Source of the DNA: a virus
Taxonomy: Duplodnaviria; Heunggongvirae; Uroviricota; Caudoviricetes
IMG/VR virus record: IMGVR_UViG_2721755711_000004
Strand: one strand, 5' to 3'
DNA length: 46,862 nucleotides
Below are positions 1 to 11,659 of this stretch, piece by piece (within the stretch, counting starts at the first letter, position 1; each line of letters starts with the position of its first letter). The notes below the pieces were generated by a model. It saw only the letters and a program-made list of their open reading frames with translations, was not told the origin of the DNA and did no database searches. The translations under genes and the position numbers were made by a program.

Positions 1-1284
1 TTACAGACTTCTGGAAGGTTGCGCAGCTCTTACAACACGCGGTTGATCTTCCGCAGCGTCTTCCAGCGCACTTAAATCACGGTCTTTCACCTCTGGCATT
101 TTCAGCGCAGAGATTAAACCAATTACTGAATATGCCATGATCATAATGGCGATCGGATACCAGGATTCCGTCATGGTGCAGAAAATACCCGCCAGGATAG
201 GACCAAAACCGGAAGCGATAAGACCACCAATTTCTTTTGAAATAGCCATCCGGGTAAAGCGGTTTTTACAGCCGAACATTTCTGCCATGGTAATGTTTTC
301 CAGAGCAAATAATCCCAGCACCGCACAGTTATGAATCACAATCAGTGCAACCATAATGGTGCTCGGGGCATAGCTTTTATCTACGATGATAGAAAGCATT
401 GGCCACGCCAGCACAATCGCAGAGGTATTCATAATAATATACGGGATCCGGCGACCAATTTTATCGGATAACCAACCAAGGAACGGAATGGTCATAAAGC
501 CGAGAATCGAACTGATCATCAATGCATCTGTTGGAATTGCTTTGTTAAACAATAACGTCTGTACTAAATAGCCTGCAAGGAAAGTCTGAATTAAACCGGA
601 GTTACCCGCCTGACCAAAACGCAGCCCTGTTGCCAGCCAGAAGGATTTGCTCTGGAACATGCTACCAGCAGGTGCAGGTTTTGCTGTCGGTTGGTTGCTG
701 TCGTTAACCTTCTCAAAGACCGGGCTTTCTTTCAGATTCATACGCAACCAGATAGCAAAGACCATCACGACAACGCTCGCCAGGAACGGTATACGCCATC
801 CCCACGCCAGCAGTTCCTCTTTACTGAGAATGAAGAACATAAAGGCCCAGATTGCCGTTGCGCTTAAGGTTCCGCAGTTAGTTCCCATAGCCACAAATGA
901 GGAGATAATTCCGCGCTTACCTTTTGGCGCATATTCCGCCAGCATCGTACCGGCACCGGAAATTTCCGCACCTGCACCCAATCCCTGAATAATACGCAGC
1001 GTCACCAGCAAGATGGGTGCAAAAACACCAATCTGTGCATAGGTCGGTAACACTCCAATTAAGGTGGTACAGATCCCCATCATGGTGATGGTAATAAAGA
1101 GCACTTTTTTACGCCCTATTCTGTCGCCCATTTTGCCGAAAATAAATGCTCCGACAATACGCGCCACATAACCTGCACCATAGGTTCCCATTGCCAGAAT
1201 TAACGCCATTGCCGTTGATGATTCAGGAAAAAATATTTCATGAAACACTAACGCTGCGCCGAGCGAATATAACTGGAAATCCAT
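1..1284 (-). CDS. ydfJ: MFS transporter (metabolite:H+ symporter type), 3' portion of a host gene split by prophage insertion
   Basis: 427-aa ORF with multiple hydrophobic segments and MFS-like motifs (GxLxDRxGRKK). It begins inside what is normally TM1 of this family, with an in-frame stop two codons upstream of the first Met, consistent with a 5'-truncated gene. Stop codon sits at window positions 1-3. Confidence 0.75.
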   Translation of the reverse strand: MDFQLYSLGAALVFHEIFFPESSTAMALILAMGTYGAGYVARIVGAFIFGKMGDRIGRKKVLFITITMMGICTTLIGVLPTYAQIGVFAPILLVTLRIIQGLGAGAEISGAGTMLAEYAPKGKRGIISSFVAMGTNCGTLSATAIWAFMFFILSKEELLAWGWRIPFLASVVVMVFAIWLRMNLKESPVFEKVNDSNQPTAKPAPAGSMFQSKSFWLATGLRFGQAGNSGLIQTFLAGYLVQTLLFNKAIPTDALMISSILGFMTIPFLGWLSDKIGRRIPYIIMNTSAIVLAWPMLSIIVDKSYAPSTIMVALIVIHNCAVLGLFALENITMAEMFGCKNRFTRMAISKEIGGLIASGFGPILAGIFCTMTESWYPIAIMIMAYSVIGLISALKMPEVKDRDLSALEDAAEDQPRVVRAAQPSRSL

Positions 1285-1887
1285 AATTCACAGGTGTTTT
1301 TTCCCATCCTGTGGTTTCCTTGGCGTTTTCTAGGTTTTTTCAGATAGTTGCATTTTTTAAAAAGCATCCTAAGTTCGATCTCAGTGTCTATCTGGGGCCT
1401 ATTTCTGTCCCATATATGCCCCAAAAAAACTCCCCAACAGATAAGTAGTTTTTTCATGGATTTATGCGTAAAATCAAGAACGGCTGGAAATCATTCAATA
1501 CTCACACTATCGAAAAATTTACCAGCCAACCGCAGCACGTTCTTGCATAAGGCGTGTCTGCGGTTTTTCAACTATTCAGATACATCACTCCCATCACATT
1601 CATTCCTCCGCATCAAAGGCATATAGGCTATATCACCTTGATATTTTTCTTCTTCAGATAAAAACTGTTATCTATGTATACTTTTAAACCCAATCCGTGT
1701 AGAGTCTCTGCATAAGATAGTTTGCAGTTGCCGCTTCAGCTTGCGCCATAAACCGCCTGATTTTTGCTGCCACCTGCTAGCATTCCTGTATACCTGAAAC
1801 GACAATGTTTATCTACGAACTTTAAGAACACCCAAGATAAAAATTGTCAACTATATCATATATAACACATTACTAATTCGAGGCTAT

Positions 1888-2001
1888 ATGAACAGCATAC
1901 TGATAATCACTTCTCTCCTTATCATATTCAGCATTTTTAGTCATGCCCTAATAAAATTAGGGATTGGCATATCCAATAACCCAGACAAAACCGATGTATA
2001 A
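1888..2001 (+). CDS. hypothetical small hydrophobic protein (37 aa), speculative
   Basis: ATG at 1888 preceded by GAGG 6 nt upstream; translation [37 protein letters not shown] has one predicted TM segment. It lies in AT-rich intergenic DNA, so it could be a chance ORF. Confidence 0.2.
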
Positions 2002-2069
2002 GTCAACATATCCTGAATCAGACATACAATATCGCAATGAAAATCAATAATATTTTAAGGAATATCTTC

Positions 2070-2303
2070 ATGAAATCAAAAGACACCCTAAAGTGGTTCC
2101 CTGCGCAGCTTCCTGAAGTAAGAATTATCCTAGGGGATGCTGTAGTGGAAGTAGCAAAACAGGGAAGACCTATTAATACCAGAACATTGCTTGATTACAT
2201 TGAAGGAAACATAAAGAAAAAATCATGGCTGGATAACAAAGAATTATTACAAACAGCGATATCAGTTCTTAAAGACAACCAAAATTTAAATGGTAAAATG
2301 TAA
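2070..2303 (+). CDS. ydfK: YdfK/YnaE-family small prophage protein
   Basis: 77-aa ORF (MKSKDTLKWFPAQLPEVRIILGDAVVEVAKQGRPINTRTLLDYIEGN...) with AAGGA 9 nt upstream of the ATG; occupies the same position between ydfJ and pin as in Qin. Confidence 0.7.
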   Translation: MKSKDTLKWFPAQLPEVRIILGDAVVEVAKQGRPINTRTLLDYIEGNIKKKSWLDNKELLQTAISVLKDNQNLNGKM

Positions 2304-2619
2304 TATAATAAACTTACTTTTTTATCATTTTTCCACTTTAACAACATTTTGCTCCACTTTTCCACGTCCAAACAACTTGAAATCTGGTTAAAATAACACG
2401 CAACACTATTCTTCTTCCTTGAGTCCGCCCGGAACTCGAAAAACAAACCGAGTTAAAGCCATTTTTCACAAAATCGATTTTGGGTCTCACCAAAATTACG
2501 GGGTTGCATACGCATTCGTTTATTTTCGAACGTGTACATACAAATATGCACAAAAATAATCATAATTATTTTCTGAGATGCATTATGATATGAACACCAA
2601 TTTCGAATAGAGTCTCACT

Positions 2620-3210
2620 ATGTCTCGAATTTTTGCTTACTGTCGGATATCAACGCTGGATCAGACCACCGAAAATCAACGCCGGGAAATCGAAAGTGCA
2701 GGTTTTAAAATCAAACCTCAGCAAATAATCGAAGAACACATTAGCGGCTCAGCAGCAACCAGTGAGCGTCCTGGTTTTAACCGGTTGCTTGCTCGCCTGA
2801 AATGTGGTGATCAATTGATTGTGACAAAACTGGATCGCCTTGGTTGTAATGCAATGGATATCAGGAAAACAGTGGAACAACTGACAGAAACAGGTATCAG
2901 AGTGCATTGCTTAGCATTGGGTGGCATTGACCTGACCAGTCCAACAGGAAAAATGATGATGCAAGTAATTTCAGCAGTCGCTGAATTTGAACGAGACCTT
3001 TTACTTGAACGCACTCATTCCGGGATAGTAAGAGCCCGCGGCGCAGGGAAACGTTTTGGTCGACCACCTGTGTTAAATGAAGAACAGAAACAGGTGGTAT
3101 TCGAACGAATTAAGTCAGGTGTAAGTATAAGTGCCATTGCCCGGGAATTCAAAACCTCGCGGCAAACCATTTTAAGAGCCAAAGCAAAACTTCAGACACC
3201 TGACATATAA
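2620..3210 (+). CDS. pinQ: serine recombinase, Pin/Gin/Hin-type DNA invertase
   Basis: 196 aa with the N-terminal resolvase catalytic motif (YCRISTLDQ) and a C-terminal HTH; sits next to the tail-fibre genes as in Pin/Gin inversion systems. Confidence 0.85.
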
Positions 3211-3307
3211 AAAATAATCTCGGTGTGAGATGCTTTACGTGTTCCAAGCCCCCTTCCTTGCCGTAAATGGAAAGATACATCTAATTATAGAATTTATATG
3301 TTTTACC

Positions 3308-3883
3308 CTACGGCAGTGCTGGCCATTCAATATCCTGTGCAGTTGACGTATCAACACGGTTCAGCAATACCCGATACTTTTTCCATGCTTCCAGCAACGA
3401 GATTTCTTCCTCCGTTGCAATTTCCAGATCTGCAGCATCCTGAAGCGGCGCAATATGCTCACTGGCTACCTGCATCAGGTTGTTTTTTGTTTCTTCCGCC
3501 TCCCGGATCCGGAACAGTTTTTCTGCTTCCGTATCCTTCACCCAGGCTGTGCCGTTCCACTTCTGAAACTCCCCTTCCGGCGATAACCAGGTAACATTTT
3601 CCGGTAACGGACCGAGTTCAGAAATAAATAACGCGTCGCCGGAAGCCACGTCATAGACGGTTTTTCCCCGATGATCTTCAACGAGATGCCACGATGCCTC
3701 ATCACTGTTGAAAACAGCCACGAAGCCTGCCGGAATATCTGGCGGTGCAATATCGGTACTGTTTGCTGGCAGACCTGTATGAGGCGGAATATATGCGTCA
3801 CCTTCACCAATAAATTCATTAGTTCCGGCCAGCAGATTATAAATTTTTATGGTCTGTGGTTGTTCACTCATTCTGAATGCCAT
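3308..3883 (-). CDS. tfaQ: tail fibre assembly protein
   Basis: 191-aa ORF immediately downstream of stf with a 1-nt stop/start overlap; typical Tfa position and length. Confidence 0.8.
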   Translation of the reverse strand: MAFRMSEQPQTIKIYNLLAGTNEFIGEGDAYIPPHTGLPANSTDIAPPDIPAGFVAVFNSDEASWHLVEDHRGKTVYDVASGDALFISELGPLPENVTWLSPEGEFQKWNGTAWVKDTEAEKLFRIREAEETKNNLMQVASEHIAPLQDAADLEIATEEEISLLEAWKKYRVLLNRVDTSTAQDIEWPALP

Positions 3884-6810
3884 TATGCAAGCCTCACAAT
3901 ATAGTTAAATGCGATGTTTTTGACGGTGTTTTCCGCGTTACCAGCAGCGTTAACGGTGATGGTGTGTCCATGTGAACCAATCGCAACGGAGTGCGTATGA
4001 GCACCAATACCGACAGTATGTGCATGTGCGCCTGCGCTTGCAGCAGTGCCGGACAGCGAGTGGGTATGAGCACCATCTGATGATGTCTTCCCTGCATTAC
4101 GAGTCTGGCCACTACCGCTTGTTGTGCTCATAATCCCCGCGCTTAGATTTGAAATCGCGGTATAACCATTAGGGAAAATGCTCGTGTTCGTGCCACCAAA
4201 TGCACCGGAACTCTTGTGTTGGTGCGCACCGGCACTATTTGCAGTCCCGCTAATACTATGGGTATGCGCCCCGGTGTTATTCGTGGATTTGGTTCCGTAA
4301 TCAAACGACGATGTGTTTTTCGTCCCCAAATCCGTACTGGATGCGCTGGCGCTGTGGGTGTGCGATTTAATGCCGTCCTGTTCCTGAGACAATACGGCAC
4401 GACCACTGGCGGGTTTGCCCTTAATCGTCCAGCCACGCATATCAGGGATCACGCCTGACGGATAAGCGGCTGCAAGTTTCGGGTATGCAGATTTGTCAAA
4501 AGTCTGCCCCTGCATCAGGGCATAGCCAGACGGAACGGTATCTGATGGCCACGGGATTGGTGCGCCAGGCGGATAAAACTGCTCTGATGGCGTATAGAGT
4601 GAATAAACTGTACCGTCCGTTAACCCTTCCGGCTTATTAGCAGAATATGCTGGTGACGTATGAATCGTCACGCTGGCATTACTGGTATAATCCCATTGAA
4701 TATTTACACCAGTCGCATAATTTCCGATTGCAACGTAAATATCGTAAGTATCACCAGATGTATTGACCCAGGCAAAATTTGTAAACCCTGTCGATGTGCG
4801 CTGCCATAAAGCACCAGTAATCCCCTTCGGATTACCATTACCTGCACGCAAAACAAGTTCAGATATACCTGCCTGTTGAGGTGACCCCACGTTAAATCCC
4901 GCGCCACCAATCAACGTAATTGAAACAACAGAACTCGCCTGTGGCATGGTTACCGTTGCTAATTTGAACCAACCAGCACCACCGCTGAATGACATTGTTG
5001 TTGAGTTAAGCGTACCAATATCTTTCGGCGTCAGTGTTATATCCGCTGAAAGCGCCTTACCATTCACCTTACGGGCAGAAGGTACCCGACCATTCGCATT
5101 ATCATTAGCTGCTTTCACTGCTTTCGGTGTCGCGGCAAGCGTTTCAGATGCGCTGTTGGTTGCACTACTGAGCTGGACAATTCCTTTTTGTGCTGTCGTA
5201 GCGTCCTGAGCAGTATATTTCCCGTTAGCAAGGTCATAGGCTGCCTTTACCGACTTTGGCGTTGCCGCCAGCATTTCAGATGTGCTGTTGGTCGCGCTGC
5301 TGAGCTGAACTATCCCTTTCTGTGCTGTCGTTGCATCCTGTGCGGTGTATTTCCCGTTAGCCAGCTCATACGCGGCCTTAACGGCTTTTGGCGTTGCCGC
5401 CAGTGACTCGGAAGTGCTGTTAGTCGCACTGCTGAGCTGTACTATCCCCTTTTTCGTCGTGCTCGCATCCTCAAGCGCCACGGCGGATGCAATATCCTCT
5501 GCCCGTTTTGCTGCTGTCTCGGCGCGCGTTGCCGCGGACTCCGCCGTACTTTTGCTCTGAGCTGCCGCCGTCGCACTGCCAGCTGCCTCTGTCGCCTTCG
5601 TGGATGCCGTCGTGGCGCTGCCCTTCGCTGCTGACGCCTGTCTGGTCGCCTCATCTTTTGAAGCAGACGCCGATGATGCCGATGACGCCGCCGAACTGGC
5701 TGACGATGCGGCAGCCGTTTTTGAGGATTCTGCGCTGGTTTCCGACGCTTTCGCGTTCGTTTCGGATGTCTTCGCTGCGGATGCAGACCTCGCTGCTGCG
5801 CTGGCCTGTTCCGCGGCTTCGCCAGCCTTCGTTGTGGCTATTGAAGCGGACGATGCAGCGCTTTCTGCCGATTTTCCGGCGGCGCTAGCACTGGCTGAGG
5901 CCTGCCCCGCACTTGTTGACGCTGCACTGGCAGACGACGCAGCCGCTGTTTTTGAGTCTGCTGCTGCGGAGGCACTCTGTTCCGCTGCCGTTTCAGAAGA
6001 CTTAGCGTTCGTCTCGGACGTTTTTGCCGCCTTCGCGGAATTTCCTGCCGCCGTTGCCGAGGAAGCTGCGCTGCTGGCGCTCGAGGCTGCGTTCGTTTCT
6101 GATGATTTTGCCGCCTCTTTTGAAGCCGACGCATCCCGTGCTGAAGTGGCTGCTGATTGTTGTGACGCTGCCGCATTCGTTTCTGACGTTTTCGCCGCAC
6201 CGGCATTGGTGGCCGCCGCGCTTTTTGAGGACTCTGCAGCGGCAGCACTTTTTGATGCCTCAGAGGCTTTTGCTGATGCCGTTCCTGCGCTGGAAAAAGC
6301 CTCCTGAGCCGACGTCGCGGCCTGTCCGGCTGACGTGCTGGCTGCACGTGCTGAATCTGCAGCATCAGTCGCATGGGTTGCCGCCTCACTGGCAGATGTG
6401 CTGGCATCACTGGCTGACTTCTTCGCGGCTGCCGTGTTCTGTGCCACTGCGGACGCGTTACGCGCCACCTCTTCCACCATCAGTTCAAAACGTCGCAATG
6501 CCTCCGGACGGGCATCATCCTCCGTCATGGCACCGAGAAAATCATTCAGCGTACCGGGTTGAGAATCTTCATACACGGTGATGGTCCCGGCATGTGACGG
6601 CGGGAATCCCTCCACCAACAGAATAACGCTGTACTGCCCGTACTCAACGTCCATGCTGTAACGCCCGGCTTCATCCGGATTTTCTGAGGCCAGCGTGTTC
6701 ACCACCACCCTGGTGCTGTTACGTTTTGCTTTCAGCTGGATTGTGCAGTTCTGTACCGGTTTTCCTGTGCCGTCTTTCAGTACACCTGAAATCTTTACTG
6801 CCATATTCAC
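3883..6810 (-). CDS. stfQ: side tail fibre protein
   Basis: 975 aa; N-terminus [17 protein letters not shown] (the likely true start is the second Met), a long Ala/Ser/Thr-rich central region, three 44-aa tail-fibre repeats and a His-rich C-terminal receptor-binding region. Confidence 0.8.
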   Translation of the reverse strand: MNMAVKISGVLKDGTGKPVQNCTIQLKAKRNSTRVVVNTLASENPDEAGRYSMDVEYGQYSVILLVEGFPPSHAGTITVYEDSQPGTLNDFLGAMTEDDARPEALRRFELMVEEVARNASAVAQNTAAAKKSASDASTSASEAATHATDAADSARAASTSAGQAATSAQEAFSSAGTASAKASEASKSAAAAESSKSAAATNAGAAKTSETNAAASQQSAATSARDASASKEAAKSSETNAASSASSAASSATAAGNSAKAAKTSETNAKSSETAAEQSASAAADSKTAAASSASAASTSAGQASASASAAGKSAESAASSASIATTKAGEAAEQASAAARSASAAKTSETNAKASETSAESSKTAAASSASSAASSASSASASKDEATRQASAAKGSATTASTKATEAAGSATAAAQSKSTAESAATRAETAAKRAEDIASAVALEDASTTKKGIVQLSSATNSTSESLAATPKAVKAAYELANGKYTAQDATTAQKGIVQLSSATNSTSEMLAATPKSVKAAYDLANGKYTAQDATTAQKGIVQLSSATNSASETLAATPKAVKAANDNANGRVPSARKVNGKALSADITLTPKDIGTLNSTTMSFSGGAGWFKLATVTMPQASSVVSITLIGGAGFNVGSPQQAGISELVLRAGNGNPKGITGALWQRTSTGFTNFAWVNTSGDTYDIYVAIGNYATGVNIQWDYTSNASVTIHTSPAYSANKPEGLTDGTVYSLYTPSEQFYPPGAPIPWPSDTVPSGYALMQGQTFDKSAYPKLAAAYPSGVIPDMRGWTIKGKPASGRAVLSQEQDGIKSHTHSASASSTDLGTKNTSSFDYGTKSTNNTGAHTHSISGTANSAGAHQHKSSGAFGGTNTSIFPNGYTAISNLSAGIMSTTSGSGQTRNAGKTSSDGAHTHSLSGTAASAGAHAHTVGIGAHTHSVAIGSHGHTITVNAAGNAENTVKNIAFNYIVRLA
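5085..5470. repeat. about three copies of a 132-bp tandem repeat inside stf
   Basis: Near-identical DNA units start at 5151, 5283 and 5415 (period 132 bp), encoding the repeated peptide [41 protein letters not shown]. Confidence 0.7.
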
Positions 6811-6868
6811 CCCACAAAAAAGCCCGCCTGAACCGGCGGGCTGTCATAACACTGTGTTACCTGGCTAA

Positions 6869-7468
6869 TCAGAACTTATAACCGACACCCACGATGAAAC
6901 CGTCAGTGCGCCAGTCGCCACTGCCGGAGCCTTCATAAGCAATATCAATGACCACGGATTCGGTCGGGTTAAACTGCACGCCAGCTCCCCACGCCAGAGA
7001 CGTGTTGCTGTGGCGACCGTCATCACTTCCGGTCAGCACGTCGTGCGTTTTCCCCTTGTTGTCAGTTACGCGGAGATAATCCCCGGAGAAAGTCGACACA
7101 CGGCTGTAAGCCATACCCGCCATCGCATACGCGCTGAACCATTCATTCACGCGCACAGACGGCCCCACCATCACGCTGAACCAGCGGTTACGCACGGAAT
7201 CTTCATGCCAGCGGGTATCGCTGTAACGGGTAAGCTGGCGATTCTTGTCTCCTGCATAGCTGAATGACGTCACCAGCCCCAGTGTGTCCGTAAACTCATA
7301 ACGGTATTTCACGTTAATCCCGTTCAGATCATCACTGCCGGGAACGTTCGTCCGGGCATGAAGATACCCCGCGCTCAGCGTGGACTGATGTTCAGACGCC
7401 CATGCAGGCGCACCGGATACGGCCAGACAAATGGCTGCGGACAAAATGGCGGCATAAAGTTTACGCAT
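6869..7468 (-). CDS. lom: Lom/Ail-family outer membrane beta-barrel protein
   Basis: 199 aa with a signal peptide ([13 protein letters not shown]), alternating beta-strand pattern and C-terminal Phe; located between J and stf as in lambda. Confidence 0.8.
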
Positions 7469-7537
7469 AATTACCTCTCGCTTTTCTGCAATAAAAAAGG
7501 CACCATTTCTGGTGCCCTTATATGGGTTATAACAATT

Positions 7538-10500
7538 TCAACGAATACTGATGCCGGAAGCGGCTTTTTTGGTCACAATCACCGTACAGTCGGTGATATT
7601 ACCTGCCCACTGATTGCCTTTATGGAAAACCTTAAACTCCAGAGTGACGCTTCCCCTGCCACTCGGCATATCAATAACCGCACTGTAGCTACCGGGAATG
7701 GCCCCTTTAGTTTCTCTGGATGCGATTAATACACCGTTTTTGCGAACTTCAAAACCATAACCCGTGTATCTTGTACCTCCCGGGTTATTACCACTTCCCG
7801 GATCGCTATACGCTATTCCGTTAAAGATAATGGGCGGAATAATGATTTGACGGTCAAAGTTATGATCATCGCTGATGGTGACTGTAACCGTCCCGTTTGG
7901 TGTTTCCGTGTTACCCCACGTACCAGCCTGTTTCGGAAATGATTTGGATACAGCTTTAACGAAGTCACCTCTGACCTGAGTCGCCTCCAGCATGCCCTTA
8001 ATCGTACAGTTTTCATTTACCGTGACATTGTTGAGCGTCCCGGCGTTCGCATTCACACTGCCACTGATATCCGCATTTTTAGCGGTCAGCTTTCCGTCTG
8101 ATGTCAGGGAAAATACCGGAGGACTGCCACCGCTGGTAATGGTGGGGGCCGTCAGGCGCTTCAGGAACACGTCGTTCATGAATATCTGATTGCCCTGCGC
8201 CACAAACATCGGCGTTTCATTCCCGTTTGCCGGGTCAATAAATGCGATACGGTTAGCGGCAACCAGAAACTGACTCAGTTTGCCTTCCTCCGTGTCCTCC
8301 ATGCTGAGGCCAATACCCGCGACATAATGTTTGCCGTCTTTGGTCTGCTCAATTTTGACGCCCCACATGGCATTCCACTTATCGTTAGCGTCCTGCCACT
8401 CTTTCGAAAACTCCTCCAGTTTGCTGGCGTTATCCTCCGTCAGCTCGACTTTTTCCAGCAGCTCCTTGCCGAGATGGGATTCGGTTATCTTGCCTTTGAA
8501 AAAATCCAGGTAACCTTCCGCATTATCGCTCGCCCGACCGACGGTCTCCACGAATGCCGATTTGCCAACGGTGTTCACACTGCGGATATAAAAGTAATAA
8601 TCATGGCCCGGTTTGATATTGATACTGGCGGCTATCCAGTACAGCGCCGTACCAAGATAGCGGGCTGTGGTTTCAACCTGCCTGATATCGGTAATCCGCT
8701 TTTCCGAGAACCAGAACTCAAACTGTACCGTCGGGTCATAAACGGCAAGATGCGGCGTGGCGGTTATCTGAAAATAGCCCGGCGTCAGCTCAATCCTCGA
8801 CGGTGCTTCCGGTGCGGCAATCCGGAACGATACCGACGCCGGATCGCCCTGCTGTCCCCACGCATTTACCGCCCGGACCGTCAGCATGTAACGCCCCAGC
8901 GCCAGCTGCCTGAAGCGGTATGTGGTTTCCGTCGTCCGGGCCGTGCTGACCAGCCGCTCACTGCCGTCATCCGCTGTTACGGTCAGACGGAGCAGGAAGC
9001 TCACGCCCTTCACCACCTTCGGCGTGTCCCAGCGGGCCAGTACCTGATACTCCCCACTGTCTGCGGTGACTTCGGCGGTCAGGTGCTGCACCGCTGGCGG
9101 CGTGACACCATTCACCGTGCCGCTCTGGTCGCCGTCAAAGTGCGCCCCGTTATCCACGATGGCTTCTTTTTCCGGTACATGCTGCACGGCGGTGATGGCA
9201 TACGTGCCGTCATTGTTCTCACGGATACTCACACAGCGGAACAGGCGCTGGCGCAACGTCGGCAACTTCAGCCCCCACACGCTGTATCCGGCAACGCCGT
9301 CAGGAACACGGCTCACTTTTACCTTCACGCCGTCGGTGACGGACTGAACCTCCACGCTGACCGGATTGCCACTTCCGTCAACCAGGCTTATCAGCGTGGT
9401 ACCGGAGGATGGCAGCGTGATTTCACGGTCGAGCGTCAGCGTCCGGGTCTGGCTGTTTACCGCCAGCACGCGCCCGCCGGTGCTGATACCGGCATAGTCA
9501 TCATCACAGATTTCAATGACATCGCCCGGCACATGGCGAAGCCCTTCGGCACCCACGCTGAAGTCCACCGTCTGCGTTTCCAGCAGCTCCGTTTTAATCA
9601 GCCACAGCCCGGCGCGGTGTGCCTGCCCCCGGCTGGTACAGCCAAAGGCATCCATCTTCGTGACATTACGACCGTAACGGGCAATGGCCTGCGAGTCCTC
9701 CACAAGCTCTGTTGCCGTCTCCCAGCCGTTATCCGGGTCAATCCAGTTCACCTCAACGGCATTATGGCGGTCTTTCAGGGCGCTGAAGCTGTAGCGGAAC
9801 GGCGCGCCATCATCCGGCATCACCACATTACTGCGGTTATAGGTCCACACCTTATCCGACGGTCGGTCCTGCACGAACGTCAGCGTCTGCCCGTTCCATA
9901 CCGGCATACAGCGCATCGCCGAGCAGAAATCACTGAGCACATCCCACGCCTTACGTTGTGTGGTCAGGTAAGCGTTACAGGTGATGCGCGGCTCCGTACC
10001 GCCAAAGCCGTCCGGCACCGACTGGTCGCAATTCTGGCCGATGACATACAGCGCCCATTTATCCACATCTGCCGCACCAAGACGTTTCCCCATGCCGTAG
10101 CGCGGGTGGGTCAGCATATCCCACAGACACCAGGCCATGTTGTTGCTGTATGCCGGTTTTAACGTTCCGTCCCAGATACCGCTGTATTGCCGCGTCTGCG
10201 GGTTATAATTCGACGGCACCTGCAGAATGCGCCCGCGAAGATGATAATTACGGCTCACCTGCTGGCTGCCGAACTGCTCCGAATCCACCTGCACGCCGAC
10301 CAGTGCCGTGTTCGGGTAGCACTGTTTCACATCGATGATTTCGGTGTATGACGACCAGAGCGTTTTGTTCTGCAGCTGGTCTGTGGTGCTGTCCGGCGTC
10401 ATCCTGCGCATCCGTATACTGAACGGGCGCGGCGGCAGGTTACCCACCACCACCGAGGCCAGATACTGCGAGGTGGTTTTGCCCTTAATGGTGATGTCTT

Positions 10501-10951
10501 TTTCCGTCACCCAGCCACCATTACGCTGTATCTGAACCAGCAGGCGGACTTCCGACGGATTCCTGTCCCCCTTTGAGGTGGTTTCCACCAGTGCCTGCAC
10601 GCCGAAGGTAACACGCAGTCGGTCAATGTTTGCCGACGTGATGGTCCAGGTGATCGGCGTGTCGTATTTCACTTCCGTACCCAGCACCGTCTCGGAGCCG
10701 GAGGATTCAAATCCCTCCGGCGGTGTCTGCTCCTGCTCACCGGCCCGGAACACCACCGTGACGCCGGAGATGTTGGTATTCCCCTCACTGTCCAGCACTG
10801 GCGTACTGTTCAGCAGCACGCTTTTTAATCCATCCACCGGACCTTCAATCGGCCCTTCGCTGATGGCATCGATCACACTCAGCAACTGCGTGGACTTCAG
10901 GTTGTCCTTCGCTTCGCGCGGGGTATGCCCCTTACTGCTTCCTTTACCCAT
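7538..10951 (-). CDS. tail tip host-specificity protein J
   Basis: 1137 aa, the size and position of lambda J downstream of I. Confidence 0.9.
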   Translation of the reverse strand: MGKGSSKGHTPREAKDNLKSTQLLSVIDAISEGPIEGPVDGLKSVLLNSTPVLDSEGNTNISGVTVVFRAGEQEQTPPEGFESSGSETVLGTEVKYDTPITWTITSANIDRLRVTFGVQALVETTSKGDRNPSEVRLLVQIQRNGGWVTEKDITIKGKTTSQYLASVVVGNLPPRPFSIRMRRMTPDSTTDQLQNKTLWSSYTEIIDVKQCYPNTALVGVQVDSEQFGSQQVSRNYHLRGRILQVPSNYNPQTRQYSGIWDGTLKPAYSNNMAWCLWDMLTHPRYGMGKRLGAADVDKWALYVIGQNCDQSVPDGFGGTEPRITCNAYLTTQRKAWDVLSDFCSAMRCMPVWNGQTLTFVQDRPSDKVWTYNRSNVVMPDDGAPFRYSFSALKDRHNAVEVNWIDPDNGWETATELVEDSQAIARYGRNVTKMDAFGCTSRGQAHRAGLWLIKTELLETQTVDFSVGAEGLRHVPGDVIEICDDDYAGISTGGRVLAVNSQTRTLTLDREITLPSSGTTLISLVDGSGNPVSVEVQSVTDGVKVKVSRVPDGVAGYSVWGLKLPTLRQRLFRCVSIRENNDGTYAITAVQHVPEKEAIVDNGAHFDGDQSGTVNGVTPPAVQHLTAEVTADSGEYQVLARWDTPKVVKGVSFLLRLTVTADDGSERLVSTARTTETTYRFRQLALGRYMLTVRAVNAWGQQGDPASVSFRIAAPEAPSRIELTPGYFQITATPHLAVYDPTVQFEFWFSEKRITDIRQVETTARYLGTALYWIAASINIKPGHDYYFYIRSVNTVGKSAFVETVGRASDNAEGYLDFFKGKITESHLGKELLEKVELTEDNASKLEEFSKEWQDANDKWNAMWGVKIEQTKDGKHYVAGIGLSMEDTEEGKLSQFLVAANRIAFIDPANGNETPMFVAQGNQIFMNDVFLKRLTAPTITSGGSPPVFSLTSDGKLTAKNADISGSVNANAGTLNNVTVNENCTIKGMLEATQVRGDFVKAVSKSFPKQAGTWGNTETPNGTVTVTISDDHNFDRQIIIPPIIFNGIAYSDPGSGNNPGGTRYTGYGFEVRKNGVLIASRETKGAIPGSYSAVIDMPSGRGSVTLEFKVFHKGNQWAGNITDCTVIVTKKAASGISIR

Positions 10952-11011
10952 TCCTCACGCTCCATAAATGACAAAACCGCCCGCAGGCGGTTTCACATAA
11001 AACATTTTGCA

Positions 11012-11659
11012 TCAGCGACCAATCACCACAACCTGACCACCGTCCCCTTCGTCTGCCGTGCTGATCTCCTGAGAAACCACGCGTGACCCCACGCGCATTT
11101 CCCCGTACAGAACAGGCAGAACATTGCCCTGGGCAACCATGTTATCCAGTGAGGAGAAATAGGTGTTTTGTTTGCCGTTATCTGTACTTGCTGCCGTGGG
11201 CGTCCTGGCTTTCGGTGCCAGCATCTGCGCCACTCCGCCTAGGATCATACTGGCCCCTGCCGCATACATGCCCGATACAGCCGCGGCACCCAGCCAGCCC
11301 ACAGGGTTCCACCATGCCACCGCAATCAGCGCCGCCCCCAGCACCACCTGAAACACACCGCCACTTTTAGCTCCCGCCAGACGCGGCACGATGTGGATCA
11401 CGGCACCATTTGCCAGCGGCTCATTAAGACGGGCAGACAATTCGGTTTCACCTGCATCACGCCCGGCAATCCGTACCTGATACCAGCCGTCGCTCAGTTT
11501 CTGACGAAACGCCGGGAGCTGTGTGGCCAGTGCGCGGATGGCTTCAGCCCCCGTTTTCACACGAAGGTCGATGCGGCGGCCAAATCGTTGTAAATCCCCG
11601 TAAAGGCAGATGCGTGCCATTCCCGGTGACGCCAGAGGGAGTGTGTGCGTCGCTGCCAT
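11012..11659 (-). CDS. tail assembly protein I
   Basis: 215 aa; N-terminus MAATHTLPLASPGMARICLYGDLQRFGRRIDLRV matches lambda I as recalled; overlaps the 3' end of K by 103 nt, as in lambda. Confidence 0.85.
   Translation of the reverse strand: MAATHTLPLASPGMARICLYGDLQRFGRRIDLRVKTGAEAIRALATQLPAFRQKLSDGWYQVRIAGRDAGETELSARLNEPLANGAVIHIVPRLAGAKSGGVFQVVLGAALIAVAWWNPVGWLGAAAVSGMYAAGASMILGGVAQMLAPKARTPTAASTDNGKQNTYFSSLDNMVAQGNVLPVLYGEMRVGSRVVSQEISTADEGDGGQVVVIGR

Noticed and set aside
3298-3594. 98-aa plus-strand ORF antisense to tfa that could have been a second, inverted tfa copy
   Set aside because: Its translation is Pro/Leu-rich with no tail-fibre assembly similarity, and it lies wholly antisense within tfa; treated as a shadow ORF.
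5442-6581. Several long ORFs on both strands (5442..5654, 5487..5888, 5600..6307, 5838..6410, 6024..6581) inside the stf gene
   Set aside because: They lie in the Ala/Ser/Thr-rich low-complexity, GC-rich part of stf where stop codons are rare in all frames. Their translations are Arg/Pro/Ala-rich nonsense typical of shadow ORFs.
8327-10162. 611-aa plus-strand ORF antisense to tail gene J
   Set aside because: It is entirely contained within the well-supported J gene. Its composition (very Arg/His/Pro rich) is typical of an antisense frame through GC-rich coding DNA.
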